A stretch of 64,000 bases of DNA from Chromatiales bacterium (GTDB lineage Bacteria > Pseudomonadota > Gammaproteobacteria > JAGRCI01), in the NCBI GenBank assembly GCA_020445565.1, contig JAGRGI010000031.1, positions 19,419 to 83,418 on the forward strand, in the 5' to 3' direction. The translations under genes were made by a program, and so were the position numbers. Below, in pieces: positions 9,660-17,707 of the stretch (position 1 is its first letter; each line of letters opens with the position of its first letter). The notes beneath the pieces were generated by a model. That model was not told where the DNA came from and searched no databases. It saw nothing but the letters and a program-made list of their open reading frames with translations.

Positions 9660-9758
9660 ATGCAGCAACAGTTTCTCGCCCTCTGGAACAAGTCGGTTCA
9701 CTTTCGGGTGGCCGTAGCGCTGACCCTGATGGGCCTGGCAATTCTGTTGGTTCATTGA
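9660..9758 (+). CDS. Candidate 32-aa membrane micro-protein
   Basis: Not in the ORF track (too short). ATG 9660, TGA 9756-9758. Reads MQQQFLALWNKSVHFRVAVALTLMGLAILLVH. It exactly fills the gap between two genes, 4 nt after the previous stop and 6 nt before the next start. Confidence 0.35.
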   Translation: MQQQFLALWNKSVHFRVAVALTLMGLAILLVH

Positions 9759-9764
9759 TTCGCG

Positions 9765-10931
9765 ATGCTCAATAACCCCTTGATTAAGACACTGTTGCTG
9801 TTCGTCGGCGCGTGGTTCCTGCTGACGCTCCTGAAAGGGCTGTGGCCACCGCTGCTGTGGATCGCCGTGATCCTGTCGACGGCGCTGGCTGCAACGCTAT
9901 GGATACTGGAGTATCAACGCGATTTGGCCTTTCGCCTGTACATGGACAATCCGGTGATTGGTCCGTTCATCGAGGGCGTCTGCAAGTTGACCGGAAGGCA
10001 GGTTCCCATCCAGGGCGGCCAGAGCGAACCGGTTCCGCCGGCTGCTCAGACCACCGCGGACCTTCAGGACCAGCGCCTCGCCCCTCCCACCAAACTGACG
10101 AATGACCAGGACTTCATCGGCGCCAGCCAATACCTGAAAAAAGAAGTTCGCGGTTGTGACGACGTCATAGATTCCCTGCTCGATGGCCTGCGCAACGCCA
10201 TCCGCTTGCGCGGCCGCGTGGGCAGAGACCTTACCCTGCCGCCCCTGGCAAGTTTCCTGCTCGCTGGCCGCGAGGGTCTGGGAAAACGCTATCTGGCCGA
10301 GCGGGTCGCGGCCATGCTCTATGATCAGGGTCCGGTCACGGAGATCGACCTGCGCGATCGCTACGACCACCTGCAGGAGTTGGTCTCGGCCGCCAAACGC
10401 CAGCCCAATCAAACTCTGGTGATCGAAAACATCGACGCTGCCGACGAACGGTTCATCGACAAACTGGCCAACCTGCTGGCCGGCCAAGAACTGATGGACG
10501 CAGAATCCGGTACGCCGGTGAGTTTCCGCAACACCGTGATCTTTCTGGTCTCCCACCGGCCGGCCGACGGATTCGAAAACGTGACCAACAGCCAGCGAAC
10601 CATGATGGCCGGGATGGTCTCCGAGACGCTTGGACTGCCCCCGGTGCTGGTGAACTACCTGCACGGCTACTACGGATTCACCTTGCCTGCGATGATGGAA
10701 CAGGCGCAGGTGGTCACCCTGCTCATCGAGCGAGAATGTGCCAAATACGATCTGACGGTGCAACGCATAGACGCGGAGATCCTAGCTCGCGAGGTCAAGG
10801 CCATCAGCGACCATGGCGCCTTCGACATCGCACCGGGGCGCATCGCCCAACGCCTCAAGAGCGTAATTTCCGATGCCATTGGTGATCAAACACATTCGGT
10901 ATCGGTCACCCAGGACAACTACGGACGCTAA
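9765..10931 (+). CDS. Membrane-anchored, catalytically degenerate ClpB-D2-like AAA+ paralogue
   Basis: 388 aa with two N-terminal TM helices. It is collinear with the next gene, but the motifs are eroded. Walker A reads LLAGREGLGKRYLAE where the neighbour has FLGPTGTGKTELAK. Walker B reads TLVIENIDAA where the neighbour has LILFDEIEKA. The Arg-finger block reads LVNYLHGYYGF where the neighbour has IVGRIDRVYVF. Confidence 0.6.
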   Translation: MLNNPLIKTLLLFVGAWFLLTLLKGLWPPLLWIAVILSTALAATLWILEYQRDLAFRLYMDNPVIGPFIEGVCKLTGRQVPIQGGQSEPVPPAAQTTADLQDQRLAPPTKLTNDQDFIGASQYLKKEVRGCDDVIDSLLDGLRNAIRLRGRVGRDLTLPPLASFLLAGREGLGKRYLAERVAAMLYDQGPVTEIDLRDRYDHLQELVSAAKRQPNQTLVIENIDAADERFIDKLANLLAGQELMDAESGTPVSFRNTVIFLVSHRPADGFENVTNSQRTMMAGMVSETLGLPPVLVNYLHGYYGFTLPAMMEQAQVVTLLIERECAKYDLTVQRIDAEILAREVKAISDHGAFDIAPGRIAQRLKSVISDAIGDQTHSVSVTQDNYGR

Positions 10932-10934
10932 GCC

Positions 10935-11924
10935 ATGCCTGACCTCAGCGATCTCACCGATCTGGCAAAACTCACCGCCCTGCTCAATGCCCAGGAGTCG
11001 GGCAAGCGCCGAGCCATCGACGAGGCCGAGATGGCCAAGGCCCTGCGCGGCCGTGTCAAGGGACAGGACCATGTGGTGGACGACGTGTCACGCCTGATCC
11101 GCCTGCAATGGGGCAAGGAAGAGCGCAAGCGGCCAATAGCGAACCTGCTGTTTCTCGGCCCCACCGGCACGGGCAAGACCGAACTGGCCAAGGCCATGGC
11201 GGAGTACCTCTACGAAGACGAAAAGAACATGCTGCGCTTCGACTGCAGCGAGTTCTCCGGCCCGGAGGCGAAATCGCGCTTGGCTGGCGTGCCCAGCGGC
11301 TATGTCAGCGCCGACAAAGGTGGCCAGTTGACGCGCCCGGTGCTCAACAACCCCAAACGCCTGATCCTTTTCGACGAGATCGAGAAGGCCTATTCGGAAG
11401 TCTTTGACCTGTTCCTGCAATTGATGGGCGATGCGCGGCTCACCGAGCAGGGTTCGGGAAAGGTGGCCGACTTCACGCAGTCCATCATCGTGCTCACCAG
11501 CAACGCCGAGGCGGATGCTATTGGCAAGCTCCAGGCGGAGATTTCGGACTACCACGAGATGGTGAATGCCGTGAAATCGCACCTGGCGGATACCAAGGTC
11601 TTCCGGCCCGAGATCGTCGGTCGAATCGACCGCGTTTACGTCTTCAAGCCGTTAGAGGGTATGGTCATCGCCGAAATCGTCGTGCTGAAGATGAGTTCAC
11701 TGGCAAAGGAGTACGGGCTGGAACTGGCCTATGTTGACCCGCACCTGATCATCGACGCCATGGGTAAGGGCAACAAACTGGCGCGTTTCGGTGTCCGCGA
11801 ATTGGACCGCGTAATCAACGAGGACTTCGGCGAGGCCATGTACGAGGCCCGTCAGGCCGGCGGCAAACGGGTACGGCTCGATCAGGACGACGACGGCGGC
11901 CTGCGCATCAGCCCGGCTAACTGA
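10935..11924 (+). CDS. Stand-alone ClpA/ClpB D2-type AAA+ ATPase (single ring module)
   Basis: 329 aa. Nearly motif-for-motif ClpB NBD2: GQDHVVDDVSRLI, FLGPTGTGKTELAKAMA, GVPSGYVSADKGGQLT, LILFDEIEKAYSEVFDLFLQLMGDARLT, IIVLTSN, FRPEIVGRIDRVYVFKPL and FGVRELDRVI (sensor 2). Confidence 0.85.
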   Translation: MPDLSDLTDLAKLTALLNAQESGKRRAIDEAEMAKALRGRVKGQDHVVDDVSRLIRLQWGKEERKRPIANLLFLGPTGTGKTELAKAMAEYLYEDEKNMLRFDCSEFSGPEAKSRLAGVPSGYVSADKGGQLTRPVLNNPKRLILFDEIEKAYSEVFDLFLQLMGDARLTEQGSGKVADFTQSIIVLTSNAEADAIGKLQAEISDYHEMVNAVKSHLADTKVFRPEIVGRIDRVYVFKPLEGMVIAEIVVLKMSSLAKEYGLELAYVDPHLIIDAMGKGNKLARFGVRELDRVINEDFGEAMYEARQAGGKRVRLDQDDDGGLRISPAN

Positions 11925-11937
11925 AGGGAATGCGCCC

Positions 11938-13857
11938 GTGAGCGCGGAAGTCGCCAAGGCCAAGCAGGAATTCTGGCGGATTCCGTCGATCACCATCGCG
12001 GTGCTGATGGTGATCCACCTGCTGCCAAAGGCACAGATGCAAGCCAATCTGCGCCTGCTGCTGACGCTGGCCCTGTTCGCTGCACTTTTCATCCTGTTGT
12101 GGAGCATGACGGCGCCACGAGAGCGTTACATGGAACGGCTCTACGCGTGGCGCTATGAGGACGCAGGGCCGGCCTTGGAAAAGTCCTGGCGCCTCTACCT
12201 GCATTCGCTCACCCGTGTGATCCGAATCGTCGCGGTGATTCTGGCGACCTTCCTGGCCACCACCGCACTCAAGACGCTCAGCCTTTGGCCAAGCTTTTCG
12301 TCGTTTTCTCTCCTGGCCCCCGTGTACCAGGGGCTCTGGTGGCTATCCGTGGCGGCCCTGGGCCTGTTTCCCTTCGTTGCCGGCGGCCTGGTGGCCGAAG
12401 CCATGCAGCGGGGACGCTTGTTGCGCGAACAGGTGGCGACGTCAGACTTCGAGCCCCGCAAAGACCTGCCGACCAACGAGGAGGCGGCGGCCCAGTCCGC
12501 TCGCGCCCCTGTGGAGGCCGTGAACGATAGCCGCTTCCTCGCCGGCAACTTCGAATGGTCCTGGGAAGACTTCTACAAGAACTGCATCGTCTTCGGACAG
12601 GCCGGAACCGGCAAGACGGTCTGTGTGCTCAATGCCCTCCTGGACGGACTGCTGCTTTCGAGCCAACTGTCCAGCCATCAACCCAGTTGCCTGATGCTGG
12701 ACCCCAAGGGGGATTTCCACGCCAAAATCCAGAACCTGACGCGACTGCGTGGACGCGAGGCAGACCTGCTTCGTTTGGACCCCACGGACCTGGAACACAG
12801 CATTCGCTGGAACCCGCTGGACAGCGACGACGATGAACTGGAACTGGCCGGCCGTTTCGCGGCTGTCATGGAGGCCCTGGGAATGAAGTCCGACAACGAT
12901 TCCTTTTGGGTGGACTCGGCAAAGAAATTCATTCGCCACGCCATTGCCCTGATCCGTCTCACCAATCCGCCGGGGGAACCCCCCTCCTTCGAACAGATCA
13001 ACGCCATGGCGTCCAGTTTCGGCCCAATCTCGGAACGGGCGGACCGTCTGGCCGACGATGACCCGAGAGGCGACCGATGTCTGGCCTATTTCGCCGACGA
13101 GTGGGCCAATCTCGCCGACGAGACCCGCTCCAGCATCCAGGCCAACATCACCAACATGATCGACCCCTTCCTGCTGGCGCCCTACGATACCTTGTTCTCG
13201 GGACGTTCCACCGTGCGTATCGCCGACGTAGTGGACCGGGGAAAGCTGCTCTACGTCTATATGCCCATTGCCGACAAGGAGGTCATGGCGCGCATGGTCT
13301 GCACCTTCATCAAGATGGAGTATTACCGCGAGGTGCTCAAACGCCCGGACAAGAAACGACCCAGTTTCTTCTTCTGTGACGAGTTCCAATCATTCTTCAC
13401 GGTCAGCCAGGGCAAGGGCGACGCCGATTTCTTTGAACGTTCGCGCCAGAGCCGCCACGCCAATATCATCGCCACGCAGAACCTCAATGCCCTCACCAAG
13501 CAGACCCGCGAAAAGGATCCGGTGTTCAACCTGCTGGGCAACTGTGCCGTGAAGATCTTCCTGCGCAATACCGACCGGGACACCAACGAGTACGCCTCCA
13601 ATCTGTTCGGCGAACAACTGGTTGCCATGCTGAGCCAGAGCCTCAGCAGCCACGGAAAGGGTCTGGGCGGCGGCGGTGGGGGCGGCAGCCAGGGCGCCAA
13701 CCTGCAGTATGATGCCAAGGTGCGGAAGGAGGTGTTTACCGAGTTGGCCGTACCCTCGCGGGACGACGGCACCGACTATTGTGAAACCGTCATTCACTTG
13801 GCTTCACGGGGTCGGGTGGCGAAGCTGAAGCAACGTTGGCGGGTATATCCGCTATGA
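11938..13857 (+). CDS. Membrane-anchored type IV coupling protein-like ATPase (TraD/TraG/VirD4 family, FtsK-HerA superfamily)
   Basis: 639 aa, GTG start, about 4-5 N-terminal TM helices. Walker A is IVFGQAGTGKT. The sequence continues LMLDPKGDF, WNPLD and Walker B FFFCDEFQSFF. The T4CP C-terminal block reads SRHANIIATQNLNALTKQT...NCAVKIFLRNTDRDTNEYASNLFGE. The tail is Gly-rich. Confidence 0.8.
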   Translation: MSAEVAKAKQEFWRIPSITIAVLMVIHLLPKAQMQANLRLLLTLALFAALFILLWSMTAPRERYMERLYAWRYEDAGPALEKSWRLYLHSLTRVIRIVAVILATFLATTALKTLSLWPSFSSFSLLAPVYQGLWWLSVAALGLFPFVAGGLVAEAMQRGRLLREQVATSDFEPRKDLPTNEEAAAQSARAPVEAVNDSRFLAGNFEWSWEDFYKNCIVFGQAGTGKTVCVLNALLDGLLLSSQLSSHQPSCLMLDPKGDFHAKIQNLTRLRGREADLLRLDPTDLEHSIRWNPLDSDDDELELAGRFAAVMEALGMKSDNDSFWVDSAKKFIRHAIALIRLTNPPGEPPSFEQINAMASSFGPISERADRLADDDPRGDRCLAYFADEWANLADETRSSIQANITNMIDPFLLAPYDTLFSGRSTVRIADVVDRGKLLYVYMPIADKEVMARMVCTFIKMEYYREVLKRPDKKRPSFFFCDEFQSFFTVSQGKGDADFFERSRQSRHANIIATQNLNALTKQTREKDPVFNLLGNCAVKIFLRNTDRDTNEYASNLFGEQLVAMLSQSLSSHGKGLGGGGGGGSQGANLQYDAKVRKEVFTELAVPSRDDGTDYCETVIHLASRGRVAKLKQRWRVYPL

Positions 13858-13878
13858 TTCGGTAAAACCCATCTCGCC

Positions 13879-14001
13879 ATGTTTCGCTTCGGATTCGTGT
13901 TCAAGGTCGTTGTCGTCATCTTCGTGCTCCTTTGGCTCACAGACTTTGGAGAGCAGCTCATGAATGACGTGCTTGCCTACTATTCCTGGATGCGCCCGTG
14001 A
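13879..14001 (+). CDS. Candidate 40-aa membrane micro-protein
   Basis: Not in the ORF track. Reads MFRFGFVFKVVVVIFVLLWLTDFGEQLMNDVLAYYSWMRP. Its TGA (13999-14001) overlaps the GTG start (13998) of the next ORF as GTGA. Confidence 0.4.
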   Translation: MFRFGFVFKVVVVIFVLLWLTDFGEQLMNDVLAYYSWMRP

Positions 14002-14312
14002 GTGCCACCGACAAAGATCGCCGCCAGGTCCGGCTGAGCGGATTTGGGCAGGCCCAACCCGAAGCCACCGTGGACCCCCCCTCCACGAGCGAAGCAGCCG
14101 ACAGTGCCCCCCGTTTCCGGGTCGAAGGTTTTGCTGCTCCGAAGGCTTATCTGGAGATTACCGGGCCGAAACATGCCGAGGCATCGGTCAGCGCCACCAC
14201 TGACACCGACACCGAACGTCAGGCGCGCCGCCGGACCTGGAAGGCCAAACTGCGGGAAAAGGCCGGACGGAACGCCCAGAGCAAAACTCACCAACCCGAA
14301 GTATCGCCATGA
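13998..14312 (+). CDS. Small hypothetical protein carrying RLSGF-type motifs
   Basis: 104 aa, GTG start. The stop overlaps the next ATG (ATGA at 14309-14312). The N-terminus RRQVRLSGFGQAQPEATV resembles the N-terminus of the next protein, and a second copy reads RFRVEGFAAP. Confidence 0.5.
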   Translation: MSATDKDRRQVRLSGFGQAQPEATVDPPSTSEAADSAPRFRVEGFAAPKAYLEITGPKHAEASVSATTDTDTERQARRRTWKAKLREKAGRNAQSKTHQPEVSP

Positions 14313-15187
14313 CCACCAAGAAATTTCGCCTATCCGGGTTCGATGCTACGGAACCGGAAACATCCGGCCAGGTATGGATACTCACTGGCGAAAGCCGGCC
14401 CTATCCTTTACACATCCGGGCCATGGGGGCGGACCAGGAAAGCCGTCACACCTGGCCAGGCGACCTTTCGCTGGGGCAATTGGGACTGAGCCGTGATGGC
14501 AGCCTGGCAACCGCCACCGTCAATCAGACCGGCACAACCAGCCTGTGGACCCTTGGCGTTGAAGGCGGAGAACCGCAGCAGGTCAAGGAGACCGGCAGGT
14601 CCGCAATCTATCTTCCCAGGCTTTCTCCCTCCGGCGAGTACCTGGCCTATCTGGAAACACCGGGACAGGGCTACCCGCCGCGGCGTGGGGCGATAGCGCA
14701 GCTGGTCATCCTGAAACGCGCAGGCAAACAATGGACAGAACAGACTGCTGAGTTCGAATGTCTGCTGTCTCCCTGGGATTGGGGGCAGGACGACAGCACC
14801 CTGGTACTGACCCGCGCCGATGGATCACTGGAAATGGTGCGTCGCAGTGACGGCGGCACCGATTCCGTCATCGCCGAGCAGGGAAGTCATCCGCGTTTTT
14901 CGCCAGACGGCACCGCACTCGTTTACGCCGGTGACGCCGATCTGATGGTGGTACGCGGTGGGAAGTCAGACGCACTCGGCGCAATCACCAATACCCGCGG
15001 ACTCGCCTGGACTCCCGACGGTTTCGGTGTCGTGCTTGCACAGGAACTGAGCAACTGGAACTTCGCTGTTTCACACCGCACTCTGGATGGCGGAGCCGAA
15101 CGCGAGCTGTTTTCGCGTCCACGCCTCAGTACCTTGGACGTGTTGCCCCGAAAGCCGGATTGGCCCAGCGATGAAACGGTAGGTTGA
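14309..15187 (+). CDS. PD40/TolB-like beta-propeller repeat protein
   Basis: 292 aa. Repeated xSPDG/SRDG blades: LSRDGSLATAT, LSPSGEYLAYLE, FSPDGTALVYAG, WTPDGFGVVLAQ. No signal peptide. The N-terminus reads KKFRLSGFDATEPETSG. Confidence 0.7.
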   Translation: MTTKKFRLSGFDATEPETSGQVWILTGESRPYPLHIRAMGADQESRHTWPGDLSLGQLGLSRDGSLATATVNQTGTTSLWTLGVEGGEPQQVKETGRSAIYLPRLSPSGEYLAYLETPGQGYPPRRGAIAQLVILKRAGKQWTEQTAEFECLLSPWDWGQDDSTLVLTRADGSLEMVRRSDGGTDSVIAEQGSHPRFSPDGTALVYAGDADLMVVRGGKSDALGAITNTRGLAWTPDGFGVVLAQELSNWNFAVSHRTLDGGAERELFSRPRLSTLDVLPRKPDWPSDETVG

Positions 15188-15192
15188 CGACC

Positions 15193-15825
15193 ATGGCCAA
15201 CGACACACCTCCGCCCGGAGCGGGCAATGCGAACGAGCAAGCCCGCGACCATACGATGTCCGTCTATTCGGCCCGATCCAGCGCCGGCTGCCCGACCGGG
15301 CATGTGTGGTATTCGGTGCAGGATCCCCAGGGCAAACAGGAGTTTGTCCACTACGGACCGCGCGACGGCATGGACATTCGTGCGGCGACCTCCGGCTGTC
15401 CGGGCTATGTCAGCGATGCGGACGACGTACCCTATGATTCCCGCACCGATATCCCGATTAACAAAGAGCAATACGACAAACTGCGTGAGTTCCCTCAGTC
15501 ACAAACCAAAGACGGGCAGATGCACGGCGAGTCCAAGGGTGATTACCAGGTCTTTGCGCATCTCACCAAACAGGAGAACCAGAACAACTGCGTCTCGTTT
15601 ACCTTCAACGCCGCTGACCACGCCCATGTGGAAGAGGCGCGTCAATACCAGGGCCTGACGCCGAACGACGTGGCCAACAAACTCGACCGCAACCCCTCGC
15701 AACAGGAACAGCAGGTCGCACAGCAGGACTTCTTCGCTAAGGACCGGGCGGAGCCTGCCAGGGAACTCGGCCAGGCCAAGGAGCAGGGCCCACCGAAAGA
15801 GACGCACAAGCCCAAGGCGAAGTAG
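15193..15825 (+). CDS. Hypothetical protein with LRAT/H-REV107-like (permuted NlpC/P60) His-His-Cys signature
   Basis: Reads GHVWYSVQDPQGKQEFVHYGP, then about 80 aa, then NNCVSFTFNAADH. This mirrors the LRAT-family pattern HxxIYxG..(V/I)xH...NCEHF. The start could be ATG 15193 or TTG 15184, which overlaps the previous stop. The domain call is inference. Confidence 0.45.
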   Translation: MANDTPPPGAGNANEQARDHTMSVYSARSSAGCPTGHVWYSVQDPQGKQEFVHYGPRDGMDIRAATSGCPGYVSDADDVPYDSRTDIPINKEQYDKLREFPQSQTKDGQMHGESKGDYQVFAHLTKQENQNNCVSFTFNAADHAHVEEARQYQGLTPNDVANKLDRNPSQQEQQVAQQDFFAKDRAEPARELGQAKEQGPPKETHKPKAK

Positions 15826-16746
15826 ATGTCCGAGAAGCTATTCACCGACACCGGTTTGGACTGGGCTCAGATGACCGCGGCGTCGGACCAACGCGCCGGG
15901 GCATTATTCGAACTGGGGCAACTCGATTCCCTACCGGATACGTCGGAAATCCGTCGGCGCAAGGACACCCTGTGCGGGCAGATCGGCCTTGCCGAGGGCG
16001 GCAACGAGCCCGGACTGGGCTGGGAAGAACGGGTGCTGGCACGAACCATTCCTGCCACGTCTCGGCGCGCTGCCGCACCCAAGGCAACGATAGCGCTGGC
16101 CCAACCTGGGGCAGGCGGTGGTACCCTGCTGGAAGGTTTGCGGCGTACCCAAACCGGGCTAACCTGCCTGGACAGCGCCGAGATGGTATTGATTCACCCT
16201 GGTTTCTCCAAGGCACTGGCCAGCAGCGGGGAAGCGGACCTGCAACGCATCGACGGCGATGCTGACCGCCTTGCCGGTCTGATCCTGCAACAAGCAATCG
16301 AACTGGGATTGCATCTGGCCATACCGGCAAGCTTTCAAAACGCCGATGCCGCGCGGGGGCTGCTGACAGCCTTGCGCGACAACGGCTACCAGGTGGAGAT
16401 CCTGTTCGCCTGCGTGGCGGAAACCACCAGTCACGCCGTGATCCAGCGTTGGCCGCCTTGGCGGACAAGGGCCTGTCTTGGTACAAGCACCGTTGTCCGG
16501 TCGTCCCACGCGACGACCTGCGAGATGCTCCGACGCACGCTGGCGACGCTGGAAGCATCCGGGTTGGCGGACCGAATCACCACGGTTACTGCCGATGGCT
16601 TGTTACTCCGACCTGTTGACGGCGAGACACTGACGATCTGCGAATCCCACCTTCGTAGTATCCCCATTTCGGCCGAGGCTGCGTCGGACCGAGTCGACTG
16701 GCGCACCCATGCGAAAGTCCGACTCCGTGAACGCGCGCAACGTTGA
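15826..16746 (+). CDS. Zeta-toxin/AAA_33-like fold with degenerate P-loop
   Basis: 306 aa. The ATG abuts the previous TAG. The Walker-A position reads LAQPGAGGGT (Lys replaced by Gly). It is followed by zeta-like blocks: LIHPGFSKAL, DRLAGLILQQAIELGLHLAIPASF and LRDNGYQVEILFACVAE. Confidence 0.45.
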   Translation: MSEKLFTDTGLDWAQMTAASDQRAGALFELGQLDSLPDTSEIRRRKDTLCGQIGLAEGGNEPGLGWEERVLARTIPATSRRAAAPKATIALAQPGAGGGTLLEGLRRTQTGLTCLDSAEMVLIHPGFSKALASSGEADLQRIDGDADRLAGLILQQAIELGLHLAIPASFQNADAARGLLTALRDNGYQVEILFACVAETTSHAVIQRWPPWRTRACLGTSTVVRSSHATTCEMLRRTLATLEASGLADRITTVTADGLLLRPVDGETLTICESHLRSIPISAEAASDRVDWRTHAKVRLRERAQR

Positions 16747-16767
16747 TTCCCAAAATCTGGAACAGGA

Positions 16768-17613
16768 ATGATGTTATTTACACGAACAACCGCTTTGCTC
16801 ATGCTTCTTTTTACTTGCTTCGCGTCATTGCCATCTCTGGCACAGGATTCGGCCCCCGTGTCCGTTACGGTTGACCTGTTTCTGAGCGACGGAAGCAATC
16901 TCACGCAGCGGGAGCTGCTGGGAATAGACAGCGGAATGCTGCTGGTAAAAGGCAAATACGGCAACCAGCAGATTCCGCTCACCGATGTACGTCAAATCGT
17001 CATGGCTGGCGGCAGCCAGGGCCGCAAGGGCGTACAGCTTCGATTCGGACAGATCGGCGCAACGGTCAAGGAGATGAAGAACGGGCGTTGGTTTTTCGAG
17101 CTACAGGACGAAGCCGGCACGCTTGCCGTCATGGACGCCTCCCAGGTCCTTTCCGTCAACGTTACCGAACCTCGCATCAATAGCGAGAACCTCGACGTAC
17201 GGTCGATCAATGTTCTGCAGTGGATCAGCGATCACAAGCCCTTCGGCAAGGAGGGTAACTGGGACATGGACGTGCGCGAAGTGAATATCGCCGAAAACAT
17301 GATCGTCGTGAGCGCGGACGTGTGGAGCGACGACCAGGGGATCCTGAATTCGCGAGGCTGCTTCCTGGCCTGCCGCATCCAGGACAACCAGGGCCGGATA
17401 TCCGAACTGGTATGGACGGAGATTTTCAAGGTGCCACCCAAGGTGGACACCTATCGCCTGCAGATACGCTGCCCGGTCCCCCCCGCCAGCGCCCGCTCCG
17501 CTTCGATTCAGCTACGTACCGGCGATGACGGCGATTACGCGGGCCGCAGGGAAGATAGGTGTACGGGCAATCAGTGGCGGTCGCTCCCCGCCATAAATAT
17601 GAACCTGCTTTGA
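16768..17613 (+). CDS. Secreted hypothetical protein, paralogue 1 (281 aa)
   Basis: Signal peptide MMLFTRTTALLMLLFTCFASLPSLAQD. Collinear similarity to the next gene. Confidence 0.7.
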   Translation: MMLFTRTTALLMLLFTCFASLPSLAQDSAPVSVTVDLFLSDGSNLTQRELLGIDSGMLLVKGKYGNQQIPLTDVRQIVMAGGSQGRKGVQLRFGQIGATVKEMKNGRWFFELQDEAGTLAVMDASQVLSVNVTEPRINSENLDVRSINVLQWISDHKPFGKEGNWDMDVREVNIAENMIVVSADVWSDDQGILNSRGCFLACRIQDNQGRISELVWTEIFKVPPKVDTYRLQIRCPVPPASARSASIQLRTGDDGDYAGRREDRCTGNQWRSLPAINMNLL

Positions 17614-17707
17614 GAGCCTGTCACGCATGTGACAACAGGTCGTACGGTTCAATCGGCGATGTATGTTTGAAGCTGGGTCTCCCGACCCCCGACGAGGTAA
17701 ATGACAA

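Noticed and set aside
10935-11924. AAA+ protein as the T6SS ClpV, which would make the locus, or the DUF2235 gene at 38242, part of a T6SS.
   Set aside because: It is a single 329-aa NBD2-like module. It lacks the ClpV N-domain and the first ring. No TssB/C, Hcp, VgrG, PAAR or baseplate genes occur anywhere in the window.
16440-16530. Possible pair of compensating frameshifts in the zeta-like gene. An alternative frame reads AALADKGLSWYKHRCPVVPRDDL, which looks more protein-like than the annotated WPPWRTRACLGTSTVVRSSHATT.
   Set aside because: The annotated frame is open throughout, and alternative frames in GC-rich DNA often look plausible. Homologue alignment or resequencing is needed before calling a pseudogene or sequencing error.
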